DNA from: Candidatus Methanoperedens sp.
GTDB lineage: Archaea > Halobacteriota > Methanosarcinia > Methanosarcinales > Methanoperedenaceae
Assembly: GCA_049303315.1 (NCBI GenBank)
Contig: JBAQMZ010000029.1
Coordinates: 105,703 to 137,702, forward strand
Length of the DNA stretch: 32,000 nt
Direction: 5' to 3'
The position numbers and the translations under genes are program-made. The notes below the pieces were generated by a model, which made no database searches, was not told where the DNA came from, and worked only from the letters and a program-made list of their open reading frames with translations. Below are positions 23,582 to 32,000 of this stretch, piece after piece. How positions within the stretch are numbered: position 1 is the first letter of the stretch; each line of letters opens with the position of its first letter.

Positions 23582-24490
23582 ATGCAAGTAAGAACATGGT
23601 TCGGGAGCTTCACACTCGATGAAGGCAAAATAACTGATGCCGAATTATTCCCAAAAGACACGGATTTTCTAATAAAACGGTATGAATACTCATCGCTGCT
23701 AAGGGGCAAAGTTGCAGGAGCGGACCTTCGCGACCTTGCTGTAAAATACGGCTTTGTGGCGTCATACGAAGAATACGACCGCATGCTTCATGAATTCAAT
23801 ATTGCGCTTGCAAAAAGACAAATATCACAGGCTGCGACGCCGGACAGGCGGATAATATCAGCGGTTGAGGCTATAGACGACCTTGATGAAACTACGAATA
23901 TCCTTGCCGAGAGACTCAAAGAATGGTATATATTTAATTTTGAAGGAACTCCCTTAAAAGGTGAAGAACTCGCAAAGCATATAATCGGAATAAAAGATAC
24001 AGGAAATTCATTTAATGCGGATTTAAAAATCATGCAGGATTTTGCTTCCTCGCTACTCGGATTGTATGATACCCGCAAGTCCATTGAAGGATATATCAGG
24101 GAAAACATGCCTGTAATTGCCCCGAATCTTGCAAATATTGCAGGACACATCCTCGGGGCGCGGCTTTTGAGCATTGCGGGAAGCCTTGAAAGACTGGCTT
24201 CGATGCCCTCAAGCACAGTGCAGGTCATCGGGGCAGGCAATGCGCTTTTTAAACACTTAAAAGGCAAAGCCCCTTCTCCAAAGCACGGGTTGATTTTCAG
24301 GCATCCGCTTGTAAACACAGCCCCGAGATGGCAGCGCGGGAAGATCGCAAGGGCGCTCGCCTCAAAAATTTCCCTTGCTGCGCGCTACGATTTTTATTCG
24401 GGGAAGTTAAATGAGACACTACTTGAAGAACTGAAAACAAAAGTAGGGGTTATTAAGAAACAACATCCTGAGAAGAAATCACGAAATTGA
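23582..24490 (+). CDS. nop5: Nop5 (Nop56/58) C/D box sRNP core protein, short form
   Basis: NOP domain motifs APNLANIAGHILGARLLSIAGSLERLASMPSSTVQVIGA and KHGLIFRHPLV. At 302 aa there is little room for a long coiled coil. Confidence 0.85.
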   Translation: MQVRTWFGSFTLDEGKITDAELFPKDTDFLIKRYEYSSLLRGKVAGADLRDLAVKYGFVASYEEYDRMLHEFNIALAKRQISQAATPDRRIISAVEAIDDLDETTNILAERLKEWYIFNFEGTPLKGEELAKHIIGIKDTGNSFNADLKIMQDFASSLLGLYDTRKSIEGYIRENMPVIAPNLANIAGHILGARLLSIAGSLERLASMPSSTVQVIGAGNALFKHLKGKAPSPKHGLIFRHPLVNTAPRWQRGKIARALASKISLAARYDFYSGKLNETLLEELKTKVGVIKKQHPEKKSRN

Positions 24491-24491
24491 A

Positions 24492-25397
24492 TTAAGACAT
24501 CGAGAGCAGCTTTCCGTATGGATTCTCAAAAAAATAGCTTGTGAATTGGGTGAGATCTGTTTTTTCCCCGCCAAATAGCAATCGTGAAAGCGATGGCTTG
24601 TTGGCATAGGTAACTTCAGGTGTCCCTTTTATTCCTCCAAGAGAGGCAGCAACTTCTATGGCATCATCAAGGCTTCCGAAATCATCCACAAGCCCCAATT
24701 CCCTGGCTTTTGCGCCAGTATAGACCCTGCCGTCTGCAAGGTCTTTGACTTTACTCAGGGTCAGGTTCCGGTCTGTTGCCACTTCACGTACGAAACGCCC
24801 GTAAGCTTCTGATATGACCTGGTCGGCATATTTCTTTTCTTCATCGGACAATCCCCGCCAGTCCCCTCCCATATCCTTCAACTCCCCCGATTTTGCAATA
24901 TAGAACTCAGTCCCGTCTTTTTCATAGAATTTTGACCTGTTCTGGAATTCCCAGATTACTCCGATGCTGCCCGTAATGGTATCCGGGTTGGCAATTATCC
25001 TATCGGCAGGGACGCTGATGTAATAAGCAGCGCTTGCTGCCACATCGCCCATAGAAACAACAATGGGTTTTTTGGTTTTTTTCATCGCAGCCACAATCTC
25101 TTCAGCCGCAGCGGGAGACCCGCCCGGGCTATTTATCCGCATCACAATAGCTTTAACCCCATCATCTTCCGATGCATCCTTCAGGCTTTTTGTAATCTCT
25201 TCTGAAGTCGCGACTCCAAATCCAGTTGGAACGCTGCCTGTAAGCATCACTCCCTGGACATAAACGACTTCGACCCTGTTTTTTGAAATCCCGAAATCCG
25301 TACCGCCAAGAATCAAAAAAAAGCTTCCGGCTATTATGAACAGCAAAATAAAAAATGTTGCGAAATAAGCTATCAGCTTTCTTGATGAAACCATCAT
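24492..25397 (-). CDS. sppA: Signal peptide peptidase SppA (36K type)
   Basis: N-terminal TM segment, then RINSPGGS and MGDVAASAAYY, with the ClpP/crotonase-like layout. Confidence 0.8.
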   Translation of the reverse strand: MMVSSRKLIAYFATFFILLFIIAGSFFLILGGTDFGISKNRVEVVYVQGVMLTGSVPTGFGVATSEEITKSLKDASEDDGVKAIVMRINSPGGSPAAAEEIVAAMKKTKKPIVVSMGDVAASAAYYISVPADRIIANPDTITGSIGVIWEFQNRSKFYEKDGTEFYIAKSGELKDMGGDWRGLSDEEKKYADQVISEAYGRFVREVATDRNLTLSKVKDLADGRVYTGAKARELGLVDDFGSLDDAIEVAASLGGIKGTPEVTYANKPSLSRLLFGGEKTDLTQFTSYFFENPYGKLLSMS

Positions 25398-25433
25398 TTG
25401 AGAAGATGTCTTTAAAACATCAAATAGTTAATC

Positions 25434-27152
25434 CTATTTTGAATAATCCTCAAGACATTTATCAAGATATTTTGCGTTGCTGGCTTTTATGAAATCATCG
25501 CAGACTTTGCCGGGTTCTCCATCAATAACGATATGCCCTTTATCAATCAAAATCGCCCTCTGCGCGACTTCCCTTATGAAATCCACATGATGGCTGATGA
25601 ATATAATGGTGGTATTGAACGTCCTGTTTATATTCTTAAGCGAATTTGCAACGTCTCTCAATGTTATCGGGTCAAGGTCGCCGAACGGTTCATCCAGCAG
25701 CAGTATTGACGGTTTTGAAGCCAGCGCCAGCGCAAGGGCAGCTCTTACATTCTCGCCGCCGCTTATCTGGTATGGCTTTGCATCAAGAACGCTTAATGGC
25801 AAATTCACAGCCTCAAAAACAGGTTTTGCGTAATTCAACACTTCTGTAAGCGGATAGCTGGGGAAGAGTACACCGAGGATAGCGGGAGTATAACCCATTT
25901 TTGCCAGCGTCTCCTTTGAATTCTCTTCAGGCATATCGGTCATCTTGTAGAGTTCATCAAGGTCCTTATCAGATATACCGAGTTCTTTGGCGCGTTTTCT
26001 TGATTCTTCAATGACATTCTGTCCCTTTACACCCAGTTTATAAGCCAGCTGCTGTTTTATTGTGGAATGTGGCGAAAGGGCGAACTCCTGATACATAATA
26101 CTTGTCATCCTTCTAACCTCCATCCTCTTGGGAGAGTATGTTGACATTTCAACCCAGTCATTATCGACGAGGAATTCTATCTCGCCTTCATCCGGGTATG
26201 TAAGCCCGTCCATGGCATGAAGCAGCGTGGTTTTCCCGGCTCCGCTAGGACCTATGAGCGCAGCTATCTCACCCTGCTTGAAATCAAGATTAATATTTTC
26301 AAGGTCAAGTACTTCGCCCTGCCTGATAAGCCAGTATCTCTTGGAAAGGTTGCTGACCTTTATCACGGTCTTATCGGATTTCCGTTCCGGCATCGGGATG
26401 GCAGGTTTCATTTTCTTAAGGAATTTCTTTAATACATCCGCTGGCGCTCCTTCCTCTATTATCTGCCCGTTTTCAAGCCACAGCACGCGGTGGGCAAGAT
26501 ATGAGTGCACTTCGGGCAAATGGGAAACCACGAGCGTTTTGATTTTTAATTTCTCATTAACGTTCTTTATGGTGTCAAGAACTCCCTGTTTTGTCGCGGG
26601 GCATGTCATGGTCGCAGGCTCATCCAGGAGAAGGAGATGCGGGTTCGCAGCAAGCTGTCTTGCGATTAATAACCTCTGTTTTTCCCCCCCGCTCAATACG
26701 GATGAAAAATGTTCTGCTTTTTTATCAAGATTTACAAGTTTTAAATACTCAATGCTTTTCTCGTACAATTCGTCATAATAAGGTGCATCTTTATCTGGCA
26801 GCACTTCGTATCCTAATTTCTCTGCATAAAGACGCCGCAATACGTTTTCATATGTAGCGCCAGGCCACAGCCCGAAATTTCTCTGAAGATGGATGGCTGT
26901 CAGTTTACGCAGTTTCCTGATATCCTCAGGCGTGGCGCCGGGTTTTATAGTAAACCCGTCAAGCTCAAAACTTCCTTCATTGAAAGGCTCAATGCCGCGC
27001 AAGACCTTCAATATTGTTGATTTCCCTCCGCCGCTTCTCCCGATGATGCCGAGGATTTCCCCCTCTTTAATATTGAAACTTACTCCATTCAGTACCCTGA
27101 TTGTATCAGAGTCGATTACATAGTCTTTTACCAGATTATTAACTTTCAGCAT
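25434..27152 (-). CDS. atwA: Tandem-NBD ABC ATPase, methyl-coenzyme M reductase component A2-like
   Basis: Two Walker A motifs (GRSGGGKST, GPSGAGKTT), two signature motifs (LSGGEKQR, ISGGENVR) and no TM domain. ILKVLRGIEPFNEGS resembles the A2 family N-terminus. The family-level assignment is from memory only. Confidence 0.5.
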   Translation of the reverse strand: MLKVNNLVKDYVIDSDTIRVLNGVSFNIKEGEILGIIGRSGGGKSTILKVLRGIEPFNEGSFELDGFTIKPGATPEDIRKLRKLTAIHLQRNFGLWPGATYENVLRRLYAEKLGYEVLPDKDAPYYDELYEKSIEYLKLVNLDKKAEHFSSVLSGGEKQRLLIARQLAANPHLLLLDEPATMTCPATKQGVLDTIKNVNEKLKIKTLVVSHLPEVHSYLAHRVLWLENGQIIEEGAPADVLKKFLKKMKPAIPMPERKSDKTVIKVSNLSKRYWLIRQGEVLDLENINLDFKQGEIAALIGPSGAGKTTLLHAMDGLTYPDEGEIEFLVDNDWVEMSTYSPKRMEVRRMTSIMYQEFALSPHSTIKQQLAYKLGVKGQNVIEESRKRAKELGISDKDLDELYKMTDMPEENSKETLAKMGYTPAILGVLFPSYPLTEVLNYAKPVFEAVNLPLSVLDAKPYQISGGENVRAALALALASKPSILLLDEPFGDLDPITLRDVANSLKNINRTFNTTIIFISHHVDFIREVAQRAILIDKGHIVIDGEPGKVCDDFIKASNAKYLDKCLEDYSK

Positions 27153-27375
27153 TGAAGATCCTCCAAAACATGCAACAATTAATGATTATTGGAATGCAGA
27201 TTTCGTAATGTTTGAACGTCTATATATCCTTATTGGTTAAATCATTTCAGATTTGTAAAATCACCTTATTTTTTTTTATTTTCACGATGCAGCTATAGAA
27301 AGATTTATACTGTAAAAAACACTTTAAAAAAAGAAAATCAATATATTTGATTGGTTCGAGATTGAGGTAACATAA

Positions 27376-28392
27376 ATGAAACTGAGTGGTTTTTTCAAGA
27401 AAAAGGATTTGATGCAAGAGGCGGAAGAATTCAAAAGTTCCGGCAAGTACGATCGCGCCCTGGAAGCGTATGGGAATATCCTGAAAGCCGATCCGAATAA
27501 TCTAAAAGCCTGGTATGATAAAGCATCGATACACCTTGCACTTGAGCAATATAATCCTGCATATGATGCATACAAGACGATTTTAGAACTTGACCCCGGT
27601 AATAAAAAGGCATGGCATGAAATTGGTTTTATTCTCGTGAATCTTGGCAATCTGGATGAAGCGCTTGACGCTTATGATAAAGTGCTGGAATCCGAACCAA
27701 CTAATACTAAATTGCTATATGAAAAGGCAATGATGCTCCGGGAATTGAAAAGGGATTCGGAAGCCTTGAAAATATATGAAAAGCTCCTTGAATTGGATCC
27801 GAAGAACTCCAAAATGTGGTTTGAGAAAGGATTTCTCCTCTCCGGGTCAGGAAAGGATGCGGATGCTCTCGCAGCGTATGAGAAAGTATTGGAGCTTGAC
27901 CCGAACCATGCCGGGGCGCTTGCCCGCAAAGGATTGATTATTGGAACGAGAAGGCAATATGCTGAAAGTTTTGATTTGTTTGAAAGGGCGCTGAAGTTTG
28001 ATCCTTCAAACTGGAACGCATGGTTTGGAAAAGGAAAAGTCTGGGGACTTAAAGGTAATGATCTGGCAGCGCTTGACAGGCGTTATGATGCCATAAAAGC
28101 ATACGAAACTGCACTTACAGCGTATGAAAAAGCAATAGAGGCAAGTCCCGGGAATTCAACGTTGTGGCTTGAAAAGGGTATTATCCTGAAAGAACTTGAC
28201 AGGAAAAATGAAGGCATAAGAGCTTTAGATAAATCAATCGAGATTAATCCGAATAACACCAGAGCCTGGTACGAGAAGGGATTGGCGCTCAAGGAACTTG
28301 GAAAGGAGGATGAAGCGACCGGATGCTTCAGGAAAGTCCTTGAATTGGACCCTTCGCATACACTGGCGCGCCATAAACTGAAACAATTATAA
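27376..28392 (+). CDS. Tetratricopeptide (TPR) repeat protein
   Basis: Eight or more 34-aa repeats with the A..AY.K.LELDP.N..AW pattern. Confidence 0.85.
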   Translation: MKLSGFFKKKDLMQEAEEFKSSGKYDRALEAYGNILKADPNNLKAWYDKASIHLALEQYNPAYDAYKTILELDPGNKKAWHEIGFILVNLGNLDEALDAYDKVLESEPTNTKLLYEKAMMLRELKRDSEALKIYEKLLELDPKNSKMWFEKGFLLSGSGKDADALAAYEKVLELDPNHAGALARKGLIIGTRRQYAESFDLFERALKFDPSNWNAWFGKGKVWGLKGNDLAALDRRYDAIKAYETALTAYEKAIEASPGNSTLWLEKGIILKELDRKNEGIRALDKSIEINPNNTRAWYEKGLALKELGKEDEATGCFRKVLELDPSHTLARHKLKQL

Positions 28393-28444
28393 TCAAGAGG
28401 TTAAAAGTAAGATGAGCAGTTAAAACCGTAGGAGGATAGTAGAT

Positions 28445-29719
28445 ATGAAAAAGTTTATATTTTTATTGATGGCATCGTTGTTAATCACGCCTGCACTTGC
28501 GTCCGACTGGGGCATGTTTAAAAAAGACCTGTCGCATTCGGGATTTACGACAGACGCGGTGAACCCGCCGCTTAAAGTTGAATGGTCTTTCAACCTAGGG
28601 TTTGATTCTGATTCATCTCCTATTATAGTGAATGATGTCCTGTACGTGGGCTCGAATTTCGGAATTCATGCCCTTGATGCTAAAACGGGAAGAGAACTCT
28701 GGAGAACCCAGACTAATGGTTTTGTAAAATCTGCTCCTATTGTTGCAAATGGAGTACTGTATGTCGGGGTGGATGACAAGCGGTTCTATGCCATGGATAT
28801 AAAAGATGGCGCAATGAAGTGGATATATAAAAACGCGACTGATGGGTATACATCTTCTCCAATCGTGATTAACAACCTGGCATACGCGGGTTCAAAAGAC
28901 GGCTCATTTTATGCATTTGATGTCCAGAGTGGTGAACCATCGTGGCAGATACTTACTGGAAAAGTTATCGAATCATCACCGGCTTTGGGAGATGGTATAT
29001 TAGTCTTCGGAACAAATGGTGGAGTAATAATCGCAATTGATTCTGTTACCAGAAAAGAAAAATGGCGTTATGACACAGGTACGAGCGATATCATATCCTC
29101 ACCGCTTATTGCAGATGGGAGCGTATTTGTGGGTTCAAATGACGGGAATATCTTTGCCCTTGCAACAGATAAAGGCACCTTGAAATGGAAATATTCAACC
29201 GGCAGCAATGTCCAGTCTTCCCCATCTTATAAGGAGAGGACGATTTTTGTGGGTTCAAGGGATTCTAACCTGTATGCGATAGATGCAAGGACAGGAAACC
29301 TGAAATGGAAGACTCAAACCGCAGGTTATGTGGATTCATCGCCCGCTATTTCAAATGATGTTGTTTATTTCGGTTCAAGGAATAATTTCTTATACGCTCT
29401 TGATGCGAATACAGGAAAACTTCTCTGGAGGAACTCAACAGGGCAGAACGACAAGGATTACATAACATCACCAGCCATATCAGGGAATATGCTGTATGCC
29501 GTAACTCACAGCGGAGTAGTCTATGCCTATTCAGGAGCGGCTGTCCAGGCGATACAGGCAACCCCTGCAGCAACACCGGCAGTAAACGAAACAACAGCTG
29601 CGCCGGCACCAACGTTGAGTCCGACAGTCACGCCAACAGCAACAAAGAAAACCCCGGGATTTGAATTTCCAGTAGCGGTATTGTTGATATTGGTTCTAAT
29701 CCGGAAAAGACACGATTAA
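28445..29719 (+). CDS. Secreted PQQ-like beta-propeller repeat protein with a PGF-CTERM anchor signal
   Basis: Signal peptide MKKFIFLLMASLLITPALA. Repeated G.LY.GS.DG..YA.D..TG...W units. A Thr/Pro/Ala linker is followed by PGFEFPVAVLLILVLIRKR. Confidence 0.8.
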   Translation: MKKFIFLLMASLLITPALASDWGMFKKDLSHSGFTTDAVNPPLKVEWSFNLGFDSDSSPIIVNDVLYVGSNFGIHALDAKTGRELWRTQTNGFVKSAPIVANGVLYVGVDDKRFYAMDIKDGAMKWIYKNATDGYTSSPIVINNLAYAGSKDGSFYAFDVQSGEPSWQILTGKVIESSPALGDGILVFGTNGGVIIAIDSVTRKEKWRYDTGTSDIISSPLIADGSVFVGSNDGNIFALATDKGTLKWKYSTGSNVQSSPSYKERTIFVGSRDSNLYAIDARTGNLKWKTQTAGYVDSSPAISNDVVYFGSRNNFLYALDANTGKLLWRNSTGQNDKDYITSPAISGNMLYAVTHSGVVYAYSGAAVQAIQATPAATPAVNETTAAPAPTLSPTVTPTATKKTPGFEFPVAVLLILVLIRKRHD

Positions 29720-29904
29720 ATTTCAGGAATAGTTCAGCGCGAAAAATAAAGAATGACGCCATAATCACATTTGATGGTGCGCTTTGCGTTCATCGCGCTC
29801 TTTACGGTGAGTGTGCATTATGGTTGTTTTGTTCTCCTGTCGGTGCACCACCGTTGAGAACCGGCTAGATAATCTTAAATAACTTCGTACTCATAAATCT
29901 GATT

Positions 29905-31197
29905 ATGAAAGGTCGGGGTTTTTTTCTCCTGGTGTTACTATCATTCATCACTGTGGGATTGGCAGAGGCAAATCCGCAAAAAAACCTGACCGGGATTGGC
30001 ACGTTTACAACGCAAGAACCCCATAGCGCAGAATTTTTCAAAGATTACCTGTTTATAGCGGACTGGAACTCACTTCTGGTATATAACACAAGCAACCCCG
30101 GGTTACCGAAACTCATCACCAGATTTACAGATTTTGACGAACCCGGCCGGGTGCTTGGACTATCAATTTCAGAAGAACAGATGTACGTCGCATCAGGCCC
30201 GGGATGGATATATGTACTCAATATAAGCGATCCGGAAAAGCCAAAAAGAATGTACCAGATAAATTATCCAGATTCGGCAAATGATGTGGCTGTATCCGGT
30301 AAATACATGTACGTCGCCGATGCCAATACCGGAATGCTCATCTTTGATTTAAGTGACAGAAGAAACCCGGAACTTGTCGGTAAGTTCTATGTCTTGAAAT
30401 CCAACATTAGCGGTTTCTTTCAGGGGTGGGGTGGTATAGCAGTTGCAGTTTCCGGAAATTACGCATTTTTGAGCGGGGCAGAGAGAAAAGGGTTTTATAT
30501 AGTCGATATATCCGACCCGGGAAATCCGACAGAGGTGTTTCATTCAGTCGGGAAAAATGTATATGATATCAAAATATCGGAAAATGGGGTTTATCTTGCA
30601 CTTGCGAATGGCACGTCCGAATTTGATTTGCTGGATGTCAGCAATCCCCATTTACCAAAGATTATTGATAGTTTTTTCATCACGGAAACCGCAGACAGAA
30701 GCGCCATAGCCATCCATCCGTCCGGTGATTATATCTATGCGGCATCCGGCAAAACATGGCATATATTCAGCATACCGGACACCATCCCGCCAGATATATA
30801 CATCGAAAAACCCAAATCCGGCGAAATATCCACAGACAAAACAATTACCGTATCGGGGACGGCTTTTGATAAAAGTGGAATAAAGGAAGTTCTGGTCAAT
30901 GGAAAATTTGCAGGAAAAGAGTCATGGAACCAGGTCATCACCCTTGCCGAAGGAATAAATAATATCTCCATAACAGCAGTGGATGAAAAAGGGAATAATA
31001 AGACCGAGCTTATACAGGTAATATACAGTCCTTCTATACAGCCAGCTATAACTCCGGTGCAAACTGTTACTGCTGTGCCCATTCAAACAACTGAAGTAAC
31101 TAAAAAGCCATTGGTTTACAACGTGATATTTGCGGTGTTGATAATTGCGTTTTTAGTTCTAATCTATTGGGCATGGAAGTACAAAATAAAAAGATAA
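29905..31197 (+). CDS. Secreted LVIVD-repeat beta-propeller protein with an Ig-like domain and a C-terminal TM anchor
   Basis: Repeats of the type YVADANTGMLIFDLSD, GFYIVDISDPGNP and FDLLDVSNPHLP. C-terminal hydrophobic helix VIFAVLIIAFLVLIYWAW followed by KYKIKR. Confidence 0.7.
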   Translation: MKGRGFFLLVLLSFITVGLAEANPQKNLTGIGTFTTQEPHSAEFFKDYLFIADWNSLLVYNTSNPGLPKLITRFTDFDEPGRVLGLSISEEQMYVASGPGWIYVLNISDPEKPKRMYQINYPDSANDVAVSGKYMYVADANTGMLIFDLSDRRNPELVGKFYVLKSNISGFFQGWGGIAVAVSGNYAFLSGAERKGFYIVDISDPGNPTEVFHSVGKNVYDIKISENGVYLALANGTSEFDLLDVSNPHLPKIIDSFFITETADRSAIAIHPSGDYIYAASGKTWHIFSIPDTIPPDIYIEKPKSGEISTDKTITVSGTAFDKSGIKEVLVNGKFAGKESWNQVITLAEGINNISITAVDEKGNNKTELIQVIYSPSIQPAITPVQTVTAVPIQTTEVTKKPLVYNVIFAVLIIAFLVLIYWAWKYKIKR

Positions 31198-31215
31198 AAA
31201 TTAATTCCGGGAACT

Positions 31216-31701
31216 ATGATAAAATCCGGCGGCACTTTTCTCTTCAATGGTTATCGCTGCGTCATCGGCGCCGTAATCCCAATTAAAGACCGCCGATATA
31301 TAGCCGCAGCGTCTCACATATTTTCTAAAGCAGGTATGGGGAGCCGCGTACAGGTTGAAAGCGCTGAGGGGATTGTACGAAAATTCATGGAAGATTATGA
31401 TGTGGCGCTCATCGAGCTTCCTTCAGGCTGCAAAGTTGAGGTCACCGAACTTGGAAGCGCCGCCGTAATGGAGGATGCGCTGCTTGTCAATGAGCATCAC
31501 AGCATCCCGTGCAGGGTCATACGCGCCGGAGCCTCGCTTCTCTATCTGCAGTTTCCCTGCCGAGACATGCCGCAGCCCGGCGACAGCGGCTCACCCGTCT
31601 TGCAGGAAGGGAAAGTCATAGGGCTTCTCTCCTCTATAATGCTTGGCAACTGCACCGGCACTGCTGTCTCATCTGACGTTCTGCGCATCCTCTCGCTTTG
31701 A
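31216..31701 (+). CDS. Minimal trypsin/chymotrypsin-fold serine peptidase-like protein (161 aa)
   Basis: Candidate catalytic triad in canonical order: H34 (AASHIF), D62 (DYDVALIEL) and S124 (GDSGSPV). Confidence 0.55.
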   Translation: MIKSGGTFLFNGYRCVIGAVIPIKDRRYIAAASHIFSKAGMGSRVQVESAEGIVRKFMEDYDVALIELPSGCKVEVTELGSAAVMEDALLVNEHHSIPCRVIRAGASLLYLQFPCRDMPQPGDSGSPVLQEGKVIGLLSSIMLGNCTGTAVSSDVLRILSL

Positions 31702-31742
31702 ATGGATTATTTTATATACTTTCACGACCAAAAATATGGTTC

Positions 31743-31880
31743 ATGGCAATGTCTAAAAAGATGATGGAAAAGAGAGAGCGTGAACGCAAGGAAAAGATTG
31801 CAGAACTTGAAAAAATGGCGGGATCCGGCAGCGGTGAAGCCAAAAAGAAACTTGCAAAAGAAAAAAGAAAATTGAAATAA
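31743..31880 (+). CDS. Possible small Lys/Glu-rich protein (45 aa)
   Basis: MAMSKKMMEKRERERKEKIAELEKMAGSGSGEAKKKLAKEKRKLK. An internal ATG is preferred over the track start at 31698. Low-complexity sequence, so weakly supported. Confidence 0.3.
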   Translation: MAMSKKMMEKRERERKEKIAELEKMAGSGSGEAKKKLAKEKRKLK

Positions 31881-32000
31881 TTTAAATCCTCTTTATCCCA
31901 TTCCTTATTTTATTATTTCCTGCGGGGCTCCGCAAAATTTGACCAGGGCTTCTGCTTCAATAAAATGCAGGCTTGCGGGTATTATCAAAATGTGCAGCGG

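Noticed and set aside
27277-27290. ttattttcacgatgc, upstream of the TPR gene, as a sixth copy of the repeat module. A loosely similar stretch at 29790-29880 was also considered.
   Set aside because: Only about 15 nt of AT-rich similarity (a TATA-like box plus acgatg), without the GGCGCC or gttgcttcgg parts. This is more likely an ordinary promoter or a chance match.
3008-31082. Long antisense ORFs inside well-supported genes, for example 3008-3475(-), 5276-5707(+), 5619-6095(+), 6413-6964(+), 7007-7435(+), 21544-22055, 23788-24318(-), 26227-26857(+), 27324-27929(-) and 30735-31082(-).
   Set aside because: Each lies entirely within, and opposite to, a gene with strong family motifs. Their translations are Ser/Arg/Leu-rich shadow frames with no start context.
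1-32000. Searched for a CRISPR array, cas2 or cas4 to pair with the Cas1 homolog.
   Set aside because: No run of regularly spaced 24-40-bp repeats exists in the window. The only short tandems are the 9-nt tcctgt units (2-3 copies) and the 10-bp ttaacgatt pair, which are far too short and too few. No Cas2-like or Cas4-like ORF was seen.
31905-32000. A possible 3' end of a minus-strand gene running into the window edge (...FIEAEALVKFCGAPQEIIK*).
   Set aside because: Only 31 codons are visible and there is no recognisable motif, which is too little to call.

Overview
The window looks like an archaeal chromosomal segment. A methanogen or ANME-type member of the Methanosarcinales is likely, judging from an MCR component-A2-like ABC ATPase, Nop5, a PGF-CTERM sorting signal and TATA/oligo-T signal architecture. 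All product calls come from reading motifs by eye; no searches were run.

Most of the window is a cell-envelope glycan biosynthesis region:
- 1-4.6 kb: GT4, an SDR epimerase, a PglC-like phosphoglycosyl transferase, a CapD/PglF-like dehydratase and a decayed AglH/WecA-like gene.
- 4.8-8.3 kb, minus strand: a UDP-xylose branch (ugd, nucleotidyltransferase, uxs).
- 13-16.6 kb: a GT-C-like membrane protein and a B12-radical SAM enzyme.
- 16.6-23.4 kb, minus strand: flippase, rmlA, rmlD, rmlB, rmlC, GT2 and GT4.
- 23.6-31.9 kb: housekeeping and surface genes (nop5, sppA, atwA-like, TPR, PQQ-propeller with PGF-CTERM, LVIVD propeller, a minimal trypsin-like protease).

The standout feature is an AT-rich insertion of about 4.0 kb at 8596-12632.
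- It is bounded by a perfect 16-bp direct repeat and by inverted termini: a 10-bp perfect tip, plus a 22-bp block matching 17/22 at the same offset from both ends.
- It sits inside one copy of a short repeat module. An uninterrupted paralog of that module lies at 4625-4695 and serves as an internal empty-site control.
- The only recombinase candidate inside is a solo Cas1 homolog with the E/H/D catalytic motifs intact.
- There is no cas2, no CRISPR array and no family-B DNA polymerase.
- The cargo is a tightly coupled operon of small ORFs, including a winged-helix protein and a 230-aa protein with weak primase-polymerase-like motifs.

I interpret this as a compact, polymerase-less, casposon-like Cas1 element. 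The surrounding locus also carries several gene stubs and repeat scars, which suggests a recombination hotspot.
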